Source: Candidatus Dormiibacterota bacterium (GTDB lineage Bacteria > Chloroflexota > Dormibacteria > Aeolococcales > Aeolococcaceae). From it: 64,000 bases of DNA. Position 1 is the stretch's first letter, and every line of letters begins with the position of its first letter. The stretch covers positions 10,873 through 74,872 of the forward strand of contig DATDID010000049.1 in assembly GCA_036521195.1 (NCBI GenBank). The letters are read 5' to 3'. Positions 58,114 through 64,000 of the stretch are shown here, piece after piece. The position numbers were made by a program, and so were the translations under genes. Under the pieces are notes generated by a model. The model worked only from the letters and a program-made list of their open reading frames with translations. It was not told the DNA's origin and searched no databases.

Positions 58114-59712
58114 GTGGCAGATCGTTTGGAATTGGCTATGCCGTTGCGTGTCGGACGAGTAGGCGGGGGACTCGTGGGCGCGGCCGTCGCGATTCGAGTC
58201 CTCGTGCTTCCGGTGACGCCCGCAACTCGCGCGACCGATATCGTGATGGTCGCGCTTGCCGCGTGTGTCGGCGCGACGCTCCTGCGCCTGCCATCGCGCT
58301 GGGAACAGCATCGTCAGGTCATCTCGGCAGTCGCCACGGTCGCGCTGGCGGTGCTCGCCGCAGTCGGTCTCCACGTCGCCGCGCCCGTCCTGCCTGACTT
58401 CGCGATGGTCGCCACAGGTGGCTTCGCGGCCGTCCTCGTGGGCATCGAGACCGATGACCCGCCCACGCTGCCGCTGCTTGCGGGCGCGGCAGTGATCGTC
58501 GCGTTCGTGGTGCTCTGGACGACCAGCGCGCCGATGGGCCAGGGGATCGCATCGCTCGTCGTGGCGGTCGCACTCCTCTTCGGCATCCGGCTGCTCGCAC
58601 TCGGCGGCGCCGAGCACACTCGCGGACAGATCGACGCCGAGACCCGGCGGGGGCTGGTCTACGCGACGCTCGGTCGCAAGCTCGGCGTCGCTCGCGATGT
58701 GCCGTCGGTCGCGTCTGCGGTGCTCGAGGCGTGCCTCGCGACCTTCCCCGAGACGTCGAGTGGGCTCGTGCTCATGAACGATCAGACCGACGGACTGCTC
58801 AAGTCCCCCGGCGTCTACCTGTCGGCGAACGGGGTCTCGACGGGTGGACCCGCGTACGAGCTCGCGCCCGGTGAGGGCCTGGGTGGGGCGGCGTTCGCCG
58901 CTGCACACGCGGAGCTGTGGCCGACAACGCTGTCGGCGTCCATGGCGCAGGCGAGCCTTCGTGAGGCGAACCGCGTCCGGCTGCGGCGCTCGAAGCTCGG
59001 CTTCATCCGTTCCGCGATCGGCGCGCCACTGCAGGTGGACGGGAGCACGATCGGTGTGATCCTCCTGACGTCGGAACGACACGAGCACGCGTGGACCCAG
59101 AGCGACCTCCCGTTGATGACGGCGCTTGCGGATGAGGCGGCGAAAGCACTGGAGCGTGCGCGTCGCTACGAAGACGAGATGGGCAGGGCGCTGCTCGATT
59201 CCGTGACCGGACTTCCGACACGCCGGCACGTGCTCCACGTCCTTGACAAGGAGGTGGCGCGCGCATCCAGGAGCGAGGCAACCCTCGGGGTGATCATTGT
59301 CGACGTCGACGATTTCAAGCTGATCAACGACCGATGGGGCCACGACACCGGCAACCGGGTCCTCGAGAGCGTCGCCAACGTCCTTCGGTCGATCCTCCGG
59401 CGAGAGGACAGCGCCGCGCGCTCCGGCGCAGACGAGTTCGTCTGCGTCCTGCCCGGCGCCGATCGCGACCAGGCACACATCATTGCCGGCCGGATTCAGC
59501 AGCGATTCGCGTCGGAGACGGCAATCGACCATGTCGCCGGCAGGTCAGGAGCAACGGCGTCGTGTGGCGTCGCCGTCTACCCTGCGGACTCGCAGGACGT
59601 CGAGGGTCTGATCGCCGCCGCGACCGCCGAGCTGGCCACCGCGAAGCAATCGCACCATCTCACTGGGCACCCGCGCATTCGGAGCAAGGTCAAGGACAGC
59701 AGCGGAACTTGA
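58114..59712 (+). CDS. membrane-anchored GAF-GGDEF protein (diguanylate cyclase-like; GGDEF motif reads SGADEF)
   Basis: N-terminal 6 TM helices, a GAF-like region, and a C-terminal GGDEF domain (LGVIIVDVDDFKLINDRWGHDTGNRVL...RSGADEFVCVL). Confidence 0.75.
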   Translation: MADRLELAMPLRVGRVGGGLVGAAVAIRVLVLPVTPATRATDIVMVALAACVGATLLRLPSRWEQHRQVISAVATVALAVLAAVGLHVAAPVLPDFAMVATGGFAAVLVGIETDDPPTLPLLAGAAVIVAFVVLWTTSAPMGQGIASLVVAVALLFGIRLLALGGAEHTRGQIDAETRRGLVYATLGRKLGVARDVPSVASAVLEACLATFPETSSGLVLMNDQTDGLLKSPGVYLSANGVSTGGPAYELAPGEGLGGAAFAAAHAELWPTTLSASMAQASLREANRVRLRRSKLGFIRSAIGAPLQVDGSTIGVILLTSERHEHAWTQSDLPLMTALADEAAKALERARRYEDEMGRALLDSVTGLPTRRHVLHVLDKEVARASRSEATLGVIIVDVDDFKLINDRWGHDTGNRVLESVANVLRSILRREDSAARSGADEFVCVLPGADRDQAHIIAGRIQQRFASETAIDHVAGRSGATASCGVAVYPADSQDVEGLIAAATAELATAKQSHHLTGHPRIRSKVKDSSGT

Positions 59713-59812
59713 CATCGAGTCACGAATAGTTCTACACTAGAACCATTCGTCAATCGAACACTTGCGCGCAGCCCCTCGGCGCTCGAGCGATTGACCACTC
59801 GAGGTCCCCCAG

Positions 59813-60343
59813 GTGAATCCAGCAACGACCGTTGAGCGCGCCGGCACGGCCGGTGACCCATCGAACGCGCGTCGCGACGAGCTCGCCGAAGCGCTGTTCG
59901 GATATATCGGCGGCCTCAAGCGCCGCCTGATGGCGAGCGTCCCCGATGAGCTGCGCGGCGAGTTCGGCGCAGTGACATGGCACCAGGTCGGTGCGCTGGA
60001 GCAACTGCGCGCGGCGATGCAGACGTCGTCGGGCGCGACCATGAACGAGATTGCGCGCATGCAGCAGTGCGCGCTCAGCTCTGCGAGCGCGCTCGTCGAT
60101 CGCATGATCCGCCTCGGTTTTGCGGAGCGGCGCAACGATCCCGAGGATCGCCGCATCATCCATATCGTCCCCACGGCACTCGGCGAGCAGATGCTCGAGA
60201 AATTCGATGACGCTCGCAAGACCGTCGCGCTCAAGGCACTCGCGCCGCTCAGCGACGCGGACCTCGAGACGCTCGTGGGACTCATGAGCAAAGTTGTCGA
60301 CTGGCCTGAGCCGGGACATGCACGGGAGGCTGCACATGACTGA
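59813..60343 (+). CDS. MarR-family transcriptional regulator
   Basis: MarR wHTH (TMNEIARMQQCALSSASALVDRMIRLGFAERRNDPEDRRIIHIVPTALG). ATGACTGA overlap with the downstream MFS gene. Confidence 0.75.
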   Translation: MNPATTVERAGTAGDPSNARRDELAEALFGYIGGLKRRLMASVPDELRGEFGAVTWHQVGALEQLRAAMQTSSGATMNEIARMQQCALSSASALVDRMIRLGFAERRNDPEDRRIIHIVPTALGEQMLEKFDDARKTVALKALAPLSDADLETLVGLMSKVVDWPEPGHAREAAHD

Positions 60344-62174
60344 CGTTCTCGACCGCGATATCGCCGCCGTCCTTCCGGCCGCACCCGTCGATGACAACCT
60401 GACGGTCGGCACGAACAAGACAGGTCGCTTCGACTACAAATGGATCGCGCTCGGCGTCGTGCTTCTCGGCACGATCATGACGATCCTCGACGCGACGATC
60501 GTCAACATCGCGATACCGACATTGCAGTCGGACCTCAAGGCCGGCTCCTACGCAGACATCGCGTGGGTCGTGACCGGGTACATGCTCGCGCAAGGCGCCG
60601 TGATTCCGATGGCCGGATGGGCGTCCGATCGTTTCGGTACCAAGCGTTTGTACCTCGTCACCATCGCGCTCTTCACGCTCGCGTCGATGGCGTGCGGTGT
60701 CGCGCAGAACCTCCCAGAGCTCGTGTTCTTCCGCGTGCTGCAGGGACTCGGTGGCGGCATGCTGATGCCGATCGGCATGACCATCATCATGCGGGCCGTC
60801 GGGCCGCAGAACATGGGCCGTGTCATGGGGATCTTCGGTATCCCGATGCTGCTCGCACCGGCTGTCGGGCCGGTGCTGGGCGGTTGGTTCGTGCAGGACT
60901 TCTCCTGGCGCCTCATCTTCTACGTCAACGTCCCGATCGGCATTATCGCCTTCGTTTCCGCATGGCGCTTCCTCACGGAAACGGACAAGTCGCACAAGCT
61001 GCGTCTCGATACCTTCGGACTCCTGACCGCACCGCCCGCGGCCGTCGCGGTGATGTACGCAGTCGATCAGAGCACATCGCTGGGATGGGGTTCGCTGCTC
61101 GTCATCAGCATGCTCGCCGGCTCCGCCGTGTTCATCACGGCGTTCGTCCTGTCGCAGCTGGACCGGCGGCGCATCGCCGCGCTGATGATGGCGCCGCTTG
61201 CCGCGCTGCTCTTCGTCGTCGGTGTCCGCAACGGACTCGTCGACGGCTGGACCGCCGTGGATACCCTCGTGATGCTCGTCGGCGCGGCGCTCGCGCTTGT
61301 GGACCTCGTCATCGGCGGGCGCGGCAGCCCGGAGCCGCTGCTGCAGTTGCGCCTGTTCCGCGACCCGACCTTCTCGTGGTCGATGGGCCTCAGCTTCATC
61401 ATCGTCACGGCCCTTTTCGGCGGCATGCTGCTCCTCCCGCTCTACCTCCAGGAGGTGCACGGCTACAGCCCGCTCGAGACCGGACTGTTGTTGCTGCCGC
61501 AGGCGATCACGGCCGCGGTCGCGATGCCGCTCGGCGGCTATCTCACCGACCGAATCGGACCTCGAGCTGTCGTCGCTGTCGGCATGGTCATGCTCGCCGG
61601 TGGCGGGTTGCTGCTCGCACAGATCCATCCGACGTCGTCCAACTGGCTGGTCGTCTCCGCGCTCCTGTTGCGCGGATTCGCGATGGGCTTCTCGATGATG
61701 CCGTCGATGGCGGCGGCGATGGCCCGCGTGCCGCGCCACCTCAGCTCCAGCGCATCGAGCATCTCCAACAGCCTGCAGCGCATCGGCTCGTCGATCGGTA
61801 TCGCGGTGCTCGTCACCGTGCTCGCAGCGCAGTTCACGACCGCGATCGGTCAGGCGTCGTGCGCACCGTCGCCCGCGGTGCTGAGCGCCGCATCGACGAC
61901 GTCGGGACATCAGGTCACCACCGGCGCGTTCTGCAAGGATCTGCAGGGACAGTACGCGTCGCTCATCCAGAACGGCGGTCAGCCGTCGACCACGGTGAAG
62001 GTGGCGCCCGTTGTTGCGCACTTCAGCCAGACATACGCGTCTGACGCACTGAGCACGTCGTTCGACCGCACCTTCGCGTTCATCACGATCCTGACGCTGC
62101 TCGGTGTGATTCCTGCGCTCTTCCTGCGCCGTCCCGAGAAGACGGTGGCGCAACATATCGCCTATGAGTCGTAA
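60337..62174 (+). CDS. MFS transporter, DHA2 (EmrB-like) family
   Basis: 612 aa with 14 TMS. Motif A GWASDRFGTKRLYL. A typical MarR-EmrB-like pair. Confidence 0.8.
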
Positions 62175-63180
62175 GGTCCTCGTCCTCGGCGGTACCGATT
62201 TCGTCGGGCCGGCCGTCGTGAGCGCGGCGCTCGCGCACGGTGACGATGTGACCATCTTCCACCGCGGCCAGACGGGGTCGGCTCCGCAAGGAGTGCGCGT
62301 GATAAATGGCGACCGCACGCAATCGTCGGATCTCGACTCCGTCGCAGGCGAGCACTGGGACCTCGTCGTCGACGCATGGTCGCGGGCACCGCGCGTCGTG
62401 CTCGAATCGGCACGCAGGCTGGAGGCCAACTCGGCCCGATACGTCTACATTTCCACGATCTCGGTGTACCAGGAGGTGCACGAGGGCCCGGTCAACGAGA
62501 CCTCGCCGGCAGTCGATGCCCGCCCCGATGCTGAGGCCACCGACTACGCTGCCGACAAGCGCGGCGCTGAGCTCGCCATCGAGAGCGTCTTCGGACCGGA
62601 TCGATGCGTGTTCGCCCGCCCCGGTCTCATCCTTGGCCCGCGCGAGAACATCGGCCGTCTCCCGTGGTGGCTGCGCCGTATCGCAGCAGGCGGCACGGTG
62701 CTCGCTCCCGACCCACCCGACAACGGCTTGCAGTACATCGACGCGCGCGACCTTGCGGAGTTCTCGATCAACACGACGCTGAACGGCGCGGTCAACGTGC
62801 TCACCGTTCCCGGATTCACGACCATGGCCGAGTTGCTCGACCTCTGCAAGGAGGCGACGGGCTCCGACGCGACGTTCACGTGGGTGGACGCCGAATTCCT
62901 GCTCGAGCGCAAGGTCGAGCCGTGGACGGAACTGCCCATATGGGTGCCCGACATCGGCGAGTGGGCCGGTTTCTACACGACCGATTCGTCACTCGCGCAG
63001 CGCTCGGGACTCGTCTGCCGGTCAGCGCGGGACACGGTGTTCGACACCTGGTCGTGGTTGCGCGACAACCCGGAGTGGCAGCAGGTCGTGACCGGCAATC
63101 GCGCCCGTGTCGGCCTTGCGCCCGAACGCGAAACAGAGCTCCTCGCCGCCTGGACGGGTCAGCCGCCGGCGGTTCTGTAG
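62164..63180 (+). CDS. NAD(P)-dependent epimerase/dehydratase family (SDR-extended, NmrA-like) protein
   Basis: N-terminal Rossmann motif VLVLGGTDFVGPAV. An extended SDR-length protein of 338 aa. Confidence 0.7.
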   Translation: MSRKVLVLGGTDFVGPAVVSAALAHGDDVTIFHRGQTGSAPQGVRVINGDRTQSSDLDSVAGEHWDLVVDAWSRAPRVVLESARRLEANSARYVYISTISVYQEVHEGPVNETSPAVDARPDAEATDYAADKRGAELAIESVFGPDRCVFARPGLILGPRENIGRLPWWLRRIAAGGTVLAPDPPDNGLQYIDARDLAEFSINTTLNGAVNVLTVPGFTTMAELLDLCKEATGSDATFTWVDAEFLLERKVEPWTELPIWVPDIGEWAGFYTTDSSLAQRSGLVCRSARDTVFDTWSWLRDNPEWQQVVTGNRARVGLAPERETELLAAWTGQPPAVL

Positions 63181-63977
63181 CGGCGCAGGCGGTCGGCGAC
63201 GAGCTCGTCGAGCGGGATGGTGCTCAACTCGTCGAGGTGACGGATGACGGCACCGCGGATCGCCGCGATCACCAGCGGCGCGTGCGCGTGAGCGCCGGGT
63301 GGCGGCTCCGGAATGATCTCGTCGACGAGACCGACGCGATGCGCCGTCTCGACACCGGGGCGCAGGGCCGCGGCAGCGCGAGCGCGTTGCCCCGCATCGC
63401 GATAGAGGATCGCCGCGCAGGTCTCCGGTGGAGCGACGGTGTAGATCGCGTTTTCGAGGGCGAGCACGCGATCGCCGAGCGCGAGCGCGAGCGCACCGCC
63501 TGAGCCGCCCTCACTGAGAACCACGCTGACGGTCGGCGTGCGCAGCCCGAGCATGCACAGCAACGCCTCTGCGATCGCCCACGCCTGGCCTCGCTCCTCC
63601 GCGCCGATGCCCGCGTGCGCAGCGGGCGTGTCCACGAGGCACACGACCGGCATCGAGAACTTTTCCGCCTGGCGCATGAGGCGCATGGCTTTGCGGTAGC
63701 CCTCGGGGTGGGGCATGCCGAAGTTGTGCAGCGCGCGCGTCATCGGGTCGGTGCCTTTCTCCTGGCCGATCAGCATCACGGAGCGTCCACCCAGGTGCGC
63801 AGGGCCGCCGACCACCGCGCGGTCGTCACCGAAGAGACGATCGCCGCGCAGCTCGGTCCAGTCCGGGGTGATCGAGCCGATCACCTGCAAGGCGCGCGGA
63901 CGTTCGGGATGACGCGCGAGCTCGACAGCCGCGAACGCTATCCGCTCGCGTTCGGTTGTCTCGATCGTCGTCGTCAT
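63159..63977 (-). CDS. accA: acetyl-CoA carboxylase carboxyltransferase alpha subunit (AccA)-like
   Basis: AccA blocks: GDRLFGDDRAVVGG, FGMPHPEGYRKAMRLMRQAEKF, DTPAAHAGIGAEERGQ, and EGGSGGALA. Confidence 0.7.
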   Translation of the reverse strand: MTTTIETTERERIAFAAVELARHPERPRALQVIGSITPDWTELRGDRLFGDDRAVVGGPAHLGGRSVMLIGQEKGTDPMTRALHNFGMPHPEGYRKAMRLMRQAEKFSMPVVCLVDTPAAHAGIGAEERGQAWAIAEALLCMLGLRTPTVSVVLSEGGSGGALALALGDRVLALENAIYTVAPPETCAAILYRDAGQRARAAAALRPGVETAHRVGLVDEIIPEPPPGAHAHAPLVIAAIRGAVIRHLDELSTIPLDELVADRLRRYRTAGG

Positions 63978-64000
63978 GCGCGACCTGTGTAGATGCGGAT

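Overview
High-GC (~70%) chromosomal window, most likely from an actinobacterium (Thermoleophilia/Solirubrobacter-like or similar); the proteins and GC-driven ORF noise on all six frames fit this. I found no rRNA, tRNA or CRISPR. Most of the window is ordinary core and accessory metabolism. It includes a PQQ sugar dehydrogenase, YceI, a DsbA-like protein, MFS transporters, an alcohol dehydrogenase and HolB. It also includes a GH1 beta-glucosidase, ThiC with a TPP riboswitch, two glutamine synthetases around a PucR regulator, and an FdxA ferredoxin. Further genes are a PadR/DUF1048/ABC-2 efflux operon, a GT2 glycosyltransferase, DXS, Bcp with an ArsA-like ATPase pair, an SbcCD-like pair, a GGDEF protein and AccA.

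The standout is an ~18 kb cluster at roughly 8.7-26.3 kb. It combines the signature components of a type IV secretion/conjugation machine with a full Tad (type IVc pilus)-like assembly module. The T4SS-like parts are a VirB2-like small membrane protein, a TrbL/VirB6-like polytopic protein, a VirB3-VirB4 fusion ATPase, an M23 cell-wall hydrolase, and a VirD4/TraG coupling protein co-transcribed with a CPBP intramembrane protease. The Tad-like parts are a CpaB/RcpC-like protein, two TadZ/CpaE paralogues (one a pseudo-ATPase), a CpaF/TadA(VirB11-family) ATPase, TadB- and TadC-like platform proteins, and unassigned small membrane proteins. Most genes in the cluster are translationally coupled. No relaxase, prepilin peptidase or classical Flp prepilin is recognisable in the window. 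I consider this hybrid T4SS/Tad locus the candidate undescribed system. An HNH/DUF222 endonuclease lies a few kb upstream.

All calls rest on motif and architecture recognition by eye; no database search was possible.
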